Shown: positions 26,588 to 36,170, numbered from the stretch's first letter. The stretch: 64,000 nucleotides of DNA from a virus (IMGVR_UViG_3300010376_000002:1-64000); one strand, 5' to 3'. Numbers and translations are program-made. The notes: generated by a model from the sequence alone, not told the origin.

Positions 26588-28444
26588 ATGGAACGAGGCG
26601 CCACAGCCTCGAGCAGTCCCTATTTGCTCGATCAGCTTCGCGAAACGCTCGGTGACGGCTCCGACGAAGACCGGCTCCAGGCTGTCCGGATGATCGAGCC
26701 TCGGTGCGAGCAACTAGTACAAGCCGACGCTTTTCTTTGGGCGGTTGTGAGTCGGATGCTGCGAGCCAACCGCTTGCGCGCGGTCGCTAAGCTCATTTGG
26801 ACTCTCGAGCTTTTCGACGAACGACCCGAATGCGTCGCGCAGATCTGGAGAACGATTTTCAACGAACCGAAAACGATTCTCCTCGGTTGCGGTTCGGCCG
26901 GCAAAACTTACAGCTCCGCAGCTTGGTTCTTGTTGGATTGGTTGCGGGATCCGCAGTTCACCAACACGAAGGTAATTTCAAGCACGGCCGGGCACGCAAA
27001 ATCAAATGTATTCAGCACACTGCACAAGCTTCACGAAAGCTCGCGAATCCGCTTACCGGGAATTCGCCTTGATGGTTTCATTGGGCTCAATAGCCAGAAT
27101 AGACACGCAGGCATATCCCGCGTCTCGATTCCACCAGGCGCCTCAGGCCGCGGAGCTCTCCAAGGATTTCACCCAATTCCGCGAACCCATCCGGATCCGA
27201 TTTTTGGACAGGTTGGACGAGTAAGAGCTTTCATCGATGAAGGCGAGGAGTGCCCGGTCGGACTTTGGAAGGGCATCGATAATATGCTGCTCAGTTTGCA
27301 TGGAACTGACCTCATTAAAATCTGTTCGGCTTGCAATCCGCGTGACGTGCTTTCGCCGCTCGCGATGTATGCGCAGCCGCAGCAAGGCTGGACGCGAGTA
27401 AAGGTCGACGTCGATAAGGAATGGTACTCAACCGAGAACTGGAAAGTCTTGCGAATCGATGGTTGCGACCTAGAAAATGTGAGGGAACGCAAGCTGATCT
27501 ACCCGGGATTCATGACGTTCCCAGGTTACGAAAACCTGCGTCTGAAAGCGGGCGGTAATACGCCTGAATATTGGACGATGGCGAGGGGCATGTACCCGCT
27601 TGAGGGCGCGGCTAACACCGTCATTCCGATCGCGTTTTTGGACGAGCTCGTCGGCACTCTGCTTTTCGTCGGACAAGTCGTTCCATGCGGTGCGATCGAT
27701 GTCGCCTTTGAGGGCGATGACGAATGTATTTTCTGCGCCGGCCGCTACGGTCAGGCGACGGGTTGGCGCGACCCGCTCACCGGCAAAGTGCATTTCTTCG
27801 AAGGTGGCAATCGGTACTGCTTGCAAGTCGATCAGTTTTTCACTTTCCCCAAGCTGCGCACCATCGCTCTCGCTCAAGAGGTGATGGACCTCTGTAAAAA
27901 GCTAGCGATTCAGCCAGAATGGTTCTGTTGCGACCGAACCGGAGTCGGAGTCGGACTACACGACGCTCTGATTGCTTCCTGGGATCCCGAGACTATGGGC
28001 ATAAACTGGGGGCAAGATGCGACCGAGCGCAAAATTCTCGAGGACGATACGACCGTCGCAATCGAGGAGTTCGAAGGCATCAGCTGCGAAATGTACATGG
28101 CGATGCGTAGGTGGATCGAATTCAGCTACATGCGAATCGCTCCGAGCCTGGATTCCGGCAAGCTTTTCAAAGAAATGACTTCGCGAAAATACGAACAAAC
28201 CGGCAAAGGTCCGACCGGTTTAGGCCGAGTCCGGCTCCAGCCGAAAAAAGAATTCAAACGGCTATACGGCTGGAGTCCGGACCGGTGCGACGCATTGGTT
28301 ATGCTGCTCCACGTCTGCCGAATGCGCGGCCCAGAACGCGCGCGCATGGCACTCCGGAGCCGAGTTACTCGCCGGCCGTTCGCAAGAACCGGCATTATCG
28401 AGAAGTCGCAGATTCTGCGTTGGGATCCGAAGCTGGATGCATAA
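26588..28444 (+). CDS. terL: terminase large subunit
   Basis: Walker A GCGSAGKT, Walker B FIDEGEE, ACNP coupling motif, RNase H-like AIDVAFEGDD and SPDRCDAL. Confidence 0.9.
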   Translation: MERGATASSSPYLLDQLRETLGDGSDEDRLQAVRMIEPRCEQLVQADAFLWAVVSRMLRANRLRAVAKLIWTLELFDERPECVAQIWRTIFNEPKTILLGCGSAGKTYSSAAWFLLDWLRDPQFTNTKVISSTAGHAKSNVFSTLHKLHESSRIRLPGIRLDGFIGLNSQNRHAGISRVSIPPGASGRGALQGFHPIPRTHPDPIFGQVGRVRAFIDEGEECPVGLWKGIDNMLLSLHGTDLIKICSACNPRDVLSPLAMYAQPQQGWTRVKVDVDKEWYSTENWKVLRIDGCDLENVRERKLIYPGFMTFPGYENLRLKAGGNTPEYWTMARGMYPLEGAANTVIPIAFLDELVGTLLFVGQVVPCGAIDVAFEGDDECIFCAGRYGQATGWRDPLTGKVHFFEGGNRYCLQVDQFFTFPKLRTIALAQEVMDLCKKLAIQPEWFCCDRTGVGVGLHDALIASWDPETMGINWGQDATERKILEDDTTVAIEEFEGISCEMYMAMRRWIEFSYMRIAPSLDSGKLFKEMTSRKYEQTGKGPTGLGRVRLQPKKEFKRLYGWSPDRCDALVMLLHVCRMRGPERARMALRSRVTRRPFARTGIIEKSQILRWDPKLDA

Positions 28445-29192
28445 AAGTTCGCAACATCGCCTCCCTTACTTCCTCATGCTGAAGGCAAGCGAAATTAACG
28501 CACTGCGTAACCTGCTCCACTGTCAGTTCAGCTATTCGAATCCGTTCTATAATTTCGGCTTCCAACGAGTCCATCTGATATCTCTGCCAAGCGTAGCTTT
28601 GCAGGCGATCGCGTAAGACCGATAAAGGCTCCTGATCAGGATCTTCGACCTCTTCGCCTTTTTCTTTCAGTTCAGCCTCTACTTCCGGCGGAGGAGGCAC
28701 CTTAACCCCACGATCCGATCCGAAATAGGATCCTGAAGGTGCTCCGTTGCTTGTTCCTAGGCTGCTCTCAACGTCAATCACTTCCGCACGTTTGCGCTTT
28801 CGCGACTTGCCTTCGGATTCTTCCCTCTCCGAGATCCATCTCAACGCTCCGGCGATCGTTGGAATTTGATCCAATTCCAACGGCCTCTGTTGACTTTCAA
28901 GCCTAGCAATCAGGAATGATCGATTAACTGCTAGCCTCATACATACCCTTATTGTGGTCATTCCAATTTTCCCTTCAAAGTTGTCACGTAGCCACTTTTC
29001 CCAACCATTACCCCGTTCATACTTCTCTATTCGCTCACGTGCCTTGATAAACCAGTCTCCACGAGCAAGAGCTCTCCAAAAGATATCGCCGAGAGCCATT
29101 GAGTCCTGCTGAATTCCAGCTATGACTGCCCTTATCTCTTCAGGCATAATCGGACCCTCTTCTTTGGCCTCTTTATCTGCTAGCGCATTCAT
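28395..29192 (-). CDS. DUF3102-like DNA-binding protein
   Basis: GDWFIKARE...GWEKWLRDNF..IGMTTIRVCMRLA. Confidence 0.6.
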   Translation of the reverse strand: MNALADKEAKEEGPIMPEEIRAVIAGIQQDSMALGDIFWRALARGDWFIKARERIEKYERGNGWEKWLRDNFEGKIGMTTIRVCMRLAVNRSFLIARLESQQRPLELDQIPTIAGALRWISEREESEGKSRKRKRAEVIDVESSLGTSNGAPSGSYFGSDRGVKVPPPPEVEAELKEKGEEVEDPDQEPLSVLRDRLQSYAWQRYQMDSLEAEIIERIRIAELTVEQVTQCVNFACLQHEEVREAMLRTFMHPASDPNAESATSR

Positions 29193-29437
29193 CAGTTAAG
29201 GGAATTATCAATTAAGGGAAAAGCTAGCGCCGCAATTGCCTGGAGTTCGGCATCCATGGCTCGAAATTCCTGGGGGAGCATTCCATCCTTATCTCTGTAT
29301 TTTGCCATTAAGGCGTCCCACTCCAGCTTTTGTTTTCGCGTCTCTCGTAGGTCGGCTTGATTCTTAGCGACCCGCCTTATAATTTCGTCGATCTCCTTCT
29401 GAGAAATCGGACCGTTTTTTGGATCGTCAGTTTTCAT
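29192..29437 (-). CDS. hypothetical protein
   Basis: Coupled overlaps on both sides. Confidence 0.55.
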   Translation of the reverse strand: MKTDDPKNGPISQKEIDEIIRRVAKNQADLRETRKQKLEWDALMAKYRDKDGMLPQEFRAMDAELQAIAALAFPLIDNSLN

Positions 29438-30231
29438 TTATAGAATCGCGGACGCGTCTTACGGGTAATCTTGAGTCCAGGGAACCACCCATCACGAAAT
29501 TGCTCACCGGCTTTTTCACGGCGTTTAATTTCGCGAGTAAACCAAACGTCATTGGCTATCATTTCAACAGCTTCCGCAGGAAGCTTAGCTGCGAGCACCC
29601 GGTTCTCGATCTCAACCTCGTAGTAAACCTCGACTCCTAAACCCTTGTCAGTTTCGGATCTGGCATCGACCTCTTTAGCCGCCTTTGACAGTTCTTTGGC
29701 GGCTTGAGCTGCGGCCCGCTTCTGCGCGGAACCAGTAGCGTATTTCGCCTCGTGTTCTTTTTCCCTGGCTCGAGCTTCTAAGCGTTCCCTTTCAGCTCGT
29801 TTGCCAGTCTCCACTTTATCTATCCAAGCAGTTACTCGACCTCTCAGAGTCGACGACAACATTTCTAACTGCCGACTCATCGGCATAACCGCTCCGTTGA
29901 TCTGACTTAAAACCCTCTGCCAGGGTTCCCGTTGTTCCTTCTCTAGATTCTTTAACCTAGCGATAGTGTGGTCGACGGCTGAATGCGCCTCAATGCAACG
30001 TTGTTTCTGACCCTCGTTACGGATGATTTGGTCCTCCCTTCGACCGGTTTCTAAGGCTAACTCGCACTCAGCTTGAGTATCCCGACTGAGATAGACATCT
30101 TTGAATATGGGCGGCTTGTTTGCAGTCGCGCCATTCTTGTAATTAAGTTCGAATTTGACTAAATCGTCATTCATGGCTCTTGGTCCGTAACACCGAAGCA
30201 AAATTGATTCAAGATTTTTATCTTGCATCAA
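29434..30231 (-). CDS. phage coiled-coil protein (paralog of 33792-34646)
   Basis: KEQREPW..., charged coil, YEVEIEN...PAE...PGLKI. Confidence 0.65.
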   Translation of the reverse strand: MMQDKNLESILLRCYGPRAMNDDLVKFELNYKNGATANKPPIFKDVYLSRDTQAECELALETGRREDQIIRNEGQKQRCIEAHSAVDHTIARLKNLEKEQREPWQRVLSQINGAVMPMSRQLEMLSSTLRGRVTAWIDKVETGKRAERERLEARAREKEHEAKYATGSAQKRAAAQAAKELSKAAKEVDARSETDKGLGVEVYYEVEIENRVLAAKLPAEAVEMIANDVWFTREIKRREKAGEQFRDGWFPGLKITRKTRPRFYK

Positions 30232-30497
30232 TAGCTTATCCTGCTAGCGTTGCCTTGCACGGTAAAAGCTAGCGAGGAAGAACCAACCGCAGTCCGCCAG
30301 TGTCCCGAATAAGTCGCCAGTGCGAGAGATCCTCTAGAGATCCAGTGCCAGAGCGCAGTGACGAGTGCAACATAAGCCGGTGATGTCGCTACTATCCGTA
30401 CGATTCATGGCAAGGTAAGGCCAAACCTTGGGCATTCCCCTTGATCACGGGAATGCCCTCTTTGCTTTTTTGCTCTGATTTCATAGCTTCGCTCATC

Positions 30498-31610
30498 ATG
30501 CTGAACGAGGCAGATTTTCAAGAATGGGCGCAAGCTTATGCAAGATGGCACGCAGCCGATTACGTATCCTGGCGCGAGCACCTTATTCAAACTCTCCCGG
30601 CCCTTAAAGGCATCCCTCTAGGCAAGCTAACCGAGGACGAGATTGACAAAAAGATTAAACCCTTTGTCTCCAAGCTCGCCGGAAAATATAAGCAAGTGAA
30701 AGCGCAGCCAGGTCAGCGCACGCAACAGGAAATGCAGTTTATTGCCGACTACGGTTACTCGCAGTACGCGATCGCGCACCTTGATCACTACCGAAAAGAA
30801 AAGGCCGGTGCGACACCCGCCGCACCGGCTCCTCCTAAGGCAAAGATCGATTTGCAGATCGCCGAAGAGACTAGCGAAGCGTTGGCACCCGTCAACAATA
30901 ATGGCGAACTTGTTGGCGCCGACATGGTTCTAAGCTTTCTGCGGACGCAAAGGCAGGAGTTACTCAATCATTCCAAAGACCTCGATCAGTTGGCGAAAGA
31001 AATTAAGAAGGCGAAGGAAATCGAGAGACTGGCGAAGTTAGCCGGCGACATCGGAGAGAGTAAAGAAATCGCAATCGAGGCGAGCGCTTGGGAATGTGAT
31101 GCCAGGTTCGAGGTTTCGCGGATCATCAATCTGCGCCGAGAAGAGGGCGAAATGTCGGAGGCGGGCCGCGCAGGCAAGAGAAGCGGGACTCCTCTAAACA
31201 AGGTTCTGCCGGAAAAGACGGATCGAAATTGGAATGCAATCCTTTCGCCTCTTACGCCAGAGGAATATCAACAACGGCTCAAATCCGGCTTAGAAGAAAA
31301 AACGTTAAGTAAAAAGACGTTTTCGCTTAAAAAACCTAAGAGCCCTTCGAAGGGCTCTTCTAAACAAAGCTTCGTTGACCCTCACCAGCACCTAATCAAT
31401 TTTCTATGCGACGTCAGGGACAATCCCTCCTACTACCCGATTGAAGGCGAAGAAGGGATTACGAGTTGGACAGAATTGCCGAAATTTGTCCAAAACTTCC
31501 CTAGGGCAACGGCTCTCCGAGCTATTTTGTTTTTGAAGCACGCTCAAGAGAAACTGCATCCGAAACCCGAGCCAGCAGCCGAGCCTGCGCAGTCGGAACC
31601 CTTCCCGTAG
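30498..31610 (+). CDS. hypothetical helical protein
   Basis: ~370-aa ORF divergent from the 30231 operon; no confident family. Confidence 0.65.
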   Translation: MLNEADFQEWAQAYARWHAADYVSWREHLIQTLPALKGIPLGKLTEDEIDKKIKPFVSKLAGKYKQVKAQPGQRTQQEMQFIADYGYSQYAIAHLDHYRKEKAGATPAAPAPPKAKIDLQIAEETSEALAPVNNNGELVGADMVLSFLRTQRQELLNHSKDLDQLAKEIKKAKEIERLAKLAGDIGESKEIAIEASAWECDARFEVSRIINLRREEGEMSEAGRAGKRSGTPLNKVLPEKTDRNWNAILSPLTPEEYQQRLKSGLEEKTLSKKTFSLKKPKSPSKGSSKQSFVDPHQHLINFLCDVRDNPSYYPIEGEEGITSWTELPKFVQNFPRATALRAILFLKHAQEKLHPKPEPAAEPAQSEPFP

Positions 31611-31617
31611 AACAAAA

Positions 31618-31633
31618 TGTTCTACGTGGAACA
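31618..31633. promoter_or_regulatory. parS-like palindrome TGTTCTACGTGGAACA plus adjacent half-site (31637-31646)
   Basis: 1 mismatch to TGTTCCACGTGGAACA (canonical parS, TGTTNCACGTGNAACA); intergenic between convergent genes. Confidence 0.65.
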
Positions 31634-31673
31634 TTTGTGGAACATTAGTCATCCGGCAGGTCATTCGCTTTGG

Positions 31674-32018
31674 TCATCCCTCGAAATGCTTTTGGCGGAT
31701 GTATTCGATCTTCTCCTGCACCCGGATGCAATCGCGCCGGTCCATCGTCTCAGCGTGCTTGTCGGCTAGCTCGAGCACTCGAGTAAGGTTCTCGCGCCGT
31801 TGTTCTTGGGTGAGTTCACCGTGCGTATGCGGCAACTCCCGCTTCGGAAGCCGAACGCCGACAGCATTAACGATCTCGGCGTTCATCACATCCATGAGGT
31901 AGCCTTCGCCAAGTGAAACCCCTTCCTCCGACTTGATGTGGAAACTCGGCAGCTCGTTCGCCGGCCGACGTTCAATCATTTTGCCGCTCTCTTTGTCGTA
32001 GATGTAGACTTTCTTCAT
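31674..32018 (-). CDS. hypothetical protein
   Basis: Packed minus-strand run with ATGA overlaps. Confidence 0.55.
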   Translation of the reverse strand: MKKVYIYDKESGKMIERRPANELPSFHIKSEEGVSLGEGYLMDVMNAEIVNAVGVRLPKRELPHTHGELTQEQRRENLTRVLELADKHAETMDRRDCIRVQEKIEYIRQKHFEG

Positions 32019-32233
32019 GCTGATGGCCGCCGGAAGCTTTCGTCGTAAACGCGGACCAGGGTTGGACGAATCTGGTCCAGGCTTGCGTCTATCTTTGCAA
32101 TTTGGGTCGCGGTTAGCTGACCGCTGTGACGCACATCGAGCAGAGCGGAATAAAGAAAGCCGACTATGAAAGCTAGGCGGGAGGTGTACTCGGTGTCGGT
32201 CAGCGGTCTGGGTTCTTCAGTCTCAGCGCTCAT
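32015..32233 (-). CDS. hypothetical protein
   Basis: ATGA overlaps. Confidence 0.55.
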   Translation of the reverse strand: MSAETEEPRPLTDTEYTSRLAFIVGFLYSALLDVRHSGQLTATQIAKIDASLDQIRPTLVRVYDESFRRPSA

Positions 32234-32676
32234 CTCTTCTCTCGTTGCTGTTTGAGGATTTCGTCCAGCATTTGCCCGGTTTCTTCGCTGCCCGGCTCAA
32301 TCACGCGAATCTGGTCAACGAATTCTCCTTCTCCGCGGGCGACCTTCTCTTGGTGCCGCTTGGTCATTTCCTCCATCACCTCGTCGGCTAGGTCGTCGCG
32401 AGCCTTGATAATCTCGGCCCGGTTCGGTTCATCAAAAATGAATACGATCCCTAGGCAATCGACGACACCCACTGCGTCGACCTGAAAAAGCAGACAGTAA
32501 GCAAATTGGAGATTTTCATCGACCCGGTATTCATTGATCACCGGCGCCGAAGCGAGAACCCTTCGGCCGGGCACTGCGACCTCCTTGCGCACCTCTTCCA
32601 TCTCCTGTTCCAGTCTGAATAGCCTTACCCAGAATGGCGCCTGCGCTTTGCTGTTAACTAAGATTTTTAGCTTCAT
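32230..32676 (-). CDS. hypothetical protein
   Basis: Start MKLKILV at 32676 preferred. Confidence 0.55.
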   Translation of the reverse strand: MKLKILVNSKAQAPFWVRLFRLEQEMEEVRKEVAVPGRRVLASAPVINEYRVDENLQFAYCLLFQVDAVGVVDCLGIVFIFDEPNRAEIIKARDDLADEVMEEMTKRHQEKVARGEGEFVDQIRVIEPGSEETGQMLDEILKQQREKR

Positions 32677-32893
32677 TGCCCATCGCTTCGAGTGCGTCGT
32701 GAACCACCGGACCTTCAAGCTTATCGGCTAATAGCCTCAACTTTGCCGGCAGTGCCAAGAGAGTCATCGGATCAGTTTCGCAAGACATGCCTGTTCCTTT
32801 GATCCCGTCCAGTACTAGGAGAATCACTCCTTTTGCTTTTAGCTCCTCTGCGAGCTTCTTAGTCTCTTCGTCGTATTTACCAGCAGCTAGCAT
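32654..32893 (-). CDS. conserved small phage protein (GKYDE...VILLV.DG..G.G.S)
   Basis: Motif pattern plus overlap with the upstream stop. Confidence 0.55.
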   Translation of the reverse strand: MLAAGKYDEETKKLAEELKAKGVILLVLDGIKGTGMSCETDPMTLLALPAKLRLLADKLEGPVVHDALEAMGNEAKNLS

Positions 32894-33339
32894 TGTTGTT
32901 CTCTCTTCCATCGGCCGCGGAACCAAGGTTCGAGCTCGATCACGCGCAGCATTTGTTTTACGTAGTCGTCTGGGTTTAGCCGTTCTTCCCATGATTCAAA
33001 CTGTAGTCGGAGATCATTGATTAAAAATTCAGCGTCGAATCCAACCGACACTGTGTTTTCACCGGCACGCTCAAAGAGCAGGGCATAGCCGAAAACCCAA
33101 TGGGGACCGACATTAAACGTCGGAAGGTCAGGGTTCCGATACCTACCGTTGTCGTCGCACCAAACGTCAATAATGATCTCTCGGCCGTTGTCGTTCGCCT
33201 CTATTACACCGATGCCTAGCTCATCACTTTGAATAGCTTGGCGCCACGCCGACAACTCTTCGTCGATCTGGAGTGGGCATGCCTCCCTCTTCCATGGATC
33301 GATGTACCAAGTCCAAAGCAGCTTATTTGTGCTCTCCAT
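32887..33339 (-). CDS. DUF3846-like hypothetical protein
   Basis: WYIDP...WCDDNG..PTF..GYALL pattern. Confidence 0.55.
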   Translation of the reverse strand: MESTNKLLWTWYIDPWKREACPLQIDEELSAWRQAIQSDELGIGVIEANDNGREIIIDVWCDDNGRYRNPDLPTFNVGPHWVFGYALLFERAGENTVSVGFDAEFLINDLRLQFESWEERLNPDDYVKQMLRVIELEPWFRGRWKREQQC

Positions 33340-33505
33340 CGATTAGGGAAGGCTCTTTGGTCTGCAAATACGACCACTGCATCAGTTCAAATACAGTCGA
33401 TACGGATGGGCGAACCTCTGGGTTGTGCGTGATCCAATCCGCCAAAAGCTCATCGAAAGCTCGGTGCAGTTCTTCATGTCTTTGGATGTGTTCTTCTCTG
33501 GTCAT
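33323..33505 (-). CDS. small hypothetical protein
   Basis: RH.ELHRAFDELLADWI pattern; overlaps. Confidence 0.55.
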   Translation of the reverse strand: MTREEHIQRHEELHRAFDELLADWITHNPEVRPSVSTVFELMQWSYLQTKEPSLIDGEHK

Positions 33506-33795
33506 TTTGGCACCTTACCCACTGCTTCAGGCGGGAAGGTTATTCCTTTACCCTTCACCCACTCGGCGCAAGTAAAGTCACCTCCGTCCGTAATGATTAT
33601 CCTCTCGACCCAGCCAATTGCCGTGACCGGACGTTTGATCAGGCTTGCGAACAATTCCATTGCCGGTCCTGGCATCAGAAAACGCCACTCGTCTTCTGTG
33701 TGTGAACTCCCGTCCCGATAAAACACGTAGACTGAGAACTCCGGCCGCTCCGCTTCGTAGTCTATTAGCTCTTGCCAGATAGGGTTGGAATTCAT
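33502..33795 (-). CDS. hypothetical protein
   Basis: FSVYVFYRDGS...VERIIITDGGD..C.EW..GKG pattern. Confidence 0.6.
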   Translation of the reverse strand: MNSNPIWQELIDYEAERPEFSVYVFYRDGSSHTEDEWRFLMPGPAMELFASLIKRPVTAIGWVERIIITDGGDFTCAEWVKGKGITFPPEAVGKVPK

Positions 33796-34646
33796 TCGCT
33801 CTCCTCTCCGTGAATCCGGATTGCCGCAGCTCCCTTGAAAGAGGTCCGACTATGCTTTCGAATCACGAGGCCCGGCACCGAAAGCGGTTTGCCTTGATCG
33901 TCGAGGCTTTTGGCGAGTGCTTGAGCCAACCCCTGCCGGAGTTCGATTTTAAGGAGGTCGCGATGCTGCGCGAATACTAATGCCTCGTCGACCATTTCGA
34001 CTTCGTAGCGAGTGAATCCGGAGCTTCCCGGTGCCTTCGGAAGCGGCAGGTCCGGCTTGCTCAGTGGAACGTTTTCCTTCTCCAATTGAAGGGATATTTG
34101 CGCGCTCTCGATTTGGCCGGCGAGTTTGTTCTCCGCCTTAGTGTGATTGCTTTTTTCTACGAGGTCGTCAGTCATCTTCGCGCGTAAGCGCTCCTGTTCC
34201 CGCTGACGTTCCAGCTCCGCGATTCGCGCCTTGGCTTCGGCCTCTTTGCGGTCCGCTTCGGCTTTGGCTTTCGCCTCTTCCATCTCCTTTTCCCGCCGAA
34301 GACCATCCGTGAAAGCGCTGACCACCTGATCCATGCGCTGATACTGTTCCTCGAGCGGTTTGTAGAGTTCGTTAAAGAGGTTGTCCAGTGCTCGCTGAAT
34401 CGCGAGTAGAGGCGCCTTTGCCGCGTCGTAATTTGCCCTGAGTCCTTTCATTAACCCTTTGAGCTCTCCGCCTATCAACCCCGCTTGATTGTGCGTCTTA
34501 GCGTCTTTGACTTTAGTTATGACCTTCGCGCGGGCGATGACAGAATTCATTGCCACTATCGCTTGGTCCGGCCTGAGAACCTCAAGGTCGTCAGTTTGGA
34601 GTGGCTGCCCTTTGACGAGCACCAAACTTATGTTGTTGCTACTCAT
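33792..34646 (-). CDS. phage coiled-coil protein (paralog of 29434-30231)
   Basis: AAKAPL..QRALD.LF..PLE, charged coil, YEVEMVD...VPGLVI. Confidence 0.7.
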   Translation of the reverse strand: MSSNNISLVLVKGQPLQTDDLEVLRPDQAIVAMNSVIARAKVITKVKDAKTHNQAGLIGGELKGLMKGLRANYDAAKAPLLAIQRALDNLFNELYKPLEEQYQRMDQVVSAFTDGLRREKEMEEAKAKAEADRKEAEAKARIAELERQREQERLRAKMTDDLVEKSNHTKAENKLAGQIESAQISLQLEKENVPLSKPDLPLPKAPGSSGFTRYEVEMVDEALVFAQHRDLLKIELRQGLAQALAKSLDDQGKPLSVPGLVIRKHSRTSFKGAAAIRIHGEESE

Positions 34647-34703
34647 GAGGCTTTACGGTACTGGAGTGAGATTTGTTCTGCAATTTTTTCCTTGAACAAT
34701 ATT

Positions 34704-35168
34704 ATGTCTGAAGCTTACGACTCTTCCTTGGACACGATGGAGCACATCAAACAGGTGCGAACCTTTCTCGATGAGATTGTCCGCAATATCCAAACGCGCG
34801 CCCGAGTCCACGATGCCAGCAAACTCGAAGAACCTGAGAAGTCCGCCTTTGATACGATGACTCCAAAGCTCAAAGGCACGACGTACGGGAGCGAGGAGTA
34901 TAAATCCGCTCTCGCGGAAATGCGCGGCATTCTAAAGCATCATTACGAGGCCAATAGCCACCATCCCGAATACTACATCAACGGGATTGGAGGCATGAGC
35001 ATGCTCGACTTGCTCGAAATGCTGGCGGATTGGAAAGCGGCCGGCATGCGCCATCTGGATGGCGGTTCACTTGAGCGGTCGCTCCGAATCAACAAGGACC
35101 GGTACAAGATTCCTGATCCGCTTTTCAACCTGTTGTACTTAACTGCGAAAGAACTCAAATGGATGTAG
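34704..35168 (+). CDS. HD-superfamily-like protein (DUF5662-type)
   Basis: HI..V, VHDASK, HHY..NSHHPEY, EMLADW.AA. Confidence 0.75.
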   Translation: MSEAYDSSLDTMEHIKQVRTFLDEIVRNIQTRARVHDASKLEEPEKSAFDTMTPKLKGTTYGSEEYKSALAEMRGILKHHYEANSHHPEYYINGIGGMSMLDLLEMLADWKAAGMRHLDGGSLERSLRINKDRYKIPDPLFNLLYLTAKELKWM

Positions 35169-35350
35169 AAGCCTTAATTAACGATCTCAGAGAACTGACC
35201 AAAGCACAGACCGAAGCACTCCATGCGCTGCGCGACATTTGCGCACTCCAAGGCGAACGTATCAAACTTTTGGAGGACACAGTCTATGAAAGAAAAGGCC
35301 GAACAACTGACGAAACAAATTCTGGAGATCCTGCGGGATCATTACCTTAG
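35159..35350 (+). CDS. small coiled-coil protein
   Basis: Overlaps both neighbours. Confidence 0.45.
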   Translation: MDVEALINDLRELTKAQTEALHALRDICALQGERIKLLEDTVYERKGRTTDETNSGDPAGSLP

Positions 35351-35558
35351 CGCCGGCCAATTCAAGCGCGAGAATGTTTACGAGGCTTTGGGCGCGCTAG
35401 GAATCGCAGTAGCCGTCACGGTGGAAGGCTGCGGCGATCCGGAGGCTGTCGAATACTTCAACGATGTCGTGCAAAGGCAGCGTGACGAAATTGTTGCTAA
35501 CTCGGCCAAAATAATCTCAGAGGGACTAGCGGCCGAGCAAGACCCAGAACTAAACTAA
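35286..35558 (+). CDS. hypothetical protein
   Basis: GAGG upstream of ATG 35286. Confidence 0.5.
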   Translation: MKEKAEQLTKQILEILRDHYLSAGQFKRENVYEALGALGIAVAVTVEGCGDPEAVEYFNDVVQRQRDEIVANSAKIISEGLAAEQDPELN

Positions 35559-35606
35559 ACTAACTGCTTGCATGCCTAGCTTGCTAGCGTTAGCCCTGTC
35601 GTTGTT

Positions 35607-36170
35607 ATGCCAATACTTGACGTCTGTATTGTAGGCAAAGCTTACCTCCCAGAAATTGGGGGAGGTCCAATTATTCCGCCAACGCCAGGACAGCCTCCAG
35701 GCATTTGGGGGCCGACCGATCCGCGTCCGACTCCACCAATTCATATCCCGCCAACACAACCGGGACAGCCTCCAGGCATTTGGCCACCCAGTGGGGTAGT
35801 TACCCCACCCATTTATTATCCTCCGGAAATTTGGCCAACTCCACCGGCTAAACCTCCGCTCGGTATCTGGGGCGGTGCACCGTTGCCGGTGCCGACTCCG
35901 CCGATCTATATCCCGCTTCCGCCGGATAGCGATCTCAAACCGGAACATCCCATTGTGCTGCCGCCGGGAACAATCCCTGGATTTCCGGCTCACCCGATAG
36001 TCATCGTCCCGCCACCGCCAGCCGATGGCGGAGTTAAGCCACCGCCACCAGAGGGAGGCTGGGGGTATTCACCCGAACATGGGTGGGGTTATTTTCCCCC
36101 GCAGAGCGATAAACCGCAGCCGGCACCGACGCCGCCAAATCCTGATGCGCCTCACGTAGAGCCGCACTAA
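35607..36170 (+). CDS. proline-rich repeat protein (PPGIW / PTPPIYIP repeats)
   Basis: Exact 21-bp repeat at 35688-35708 and 35763-35783. Confidence 0.7.
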   Translation: MPILDVCIVGKAYLPEIGGGPIIPPTPGQPPGIWGPTDPRPTPPIHIPPTQPGQPPGIWPPSGVVTPPIYYPPEIWPTPPAKPPLGIWGGAPLPVPTPPIYIPLPPDSDLKPEHPIVLPPGTIPGFPAHPIVIVPPPPADGGVKPPPPEGGWGYSPEHGWGYFPPQSDKPQPAPTPPNPDAPHVEPH

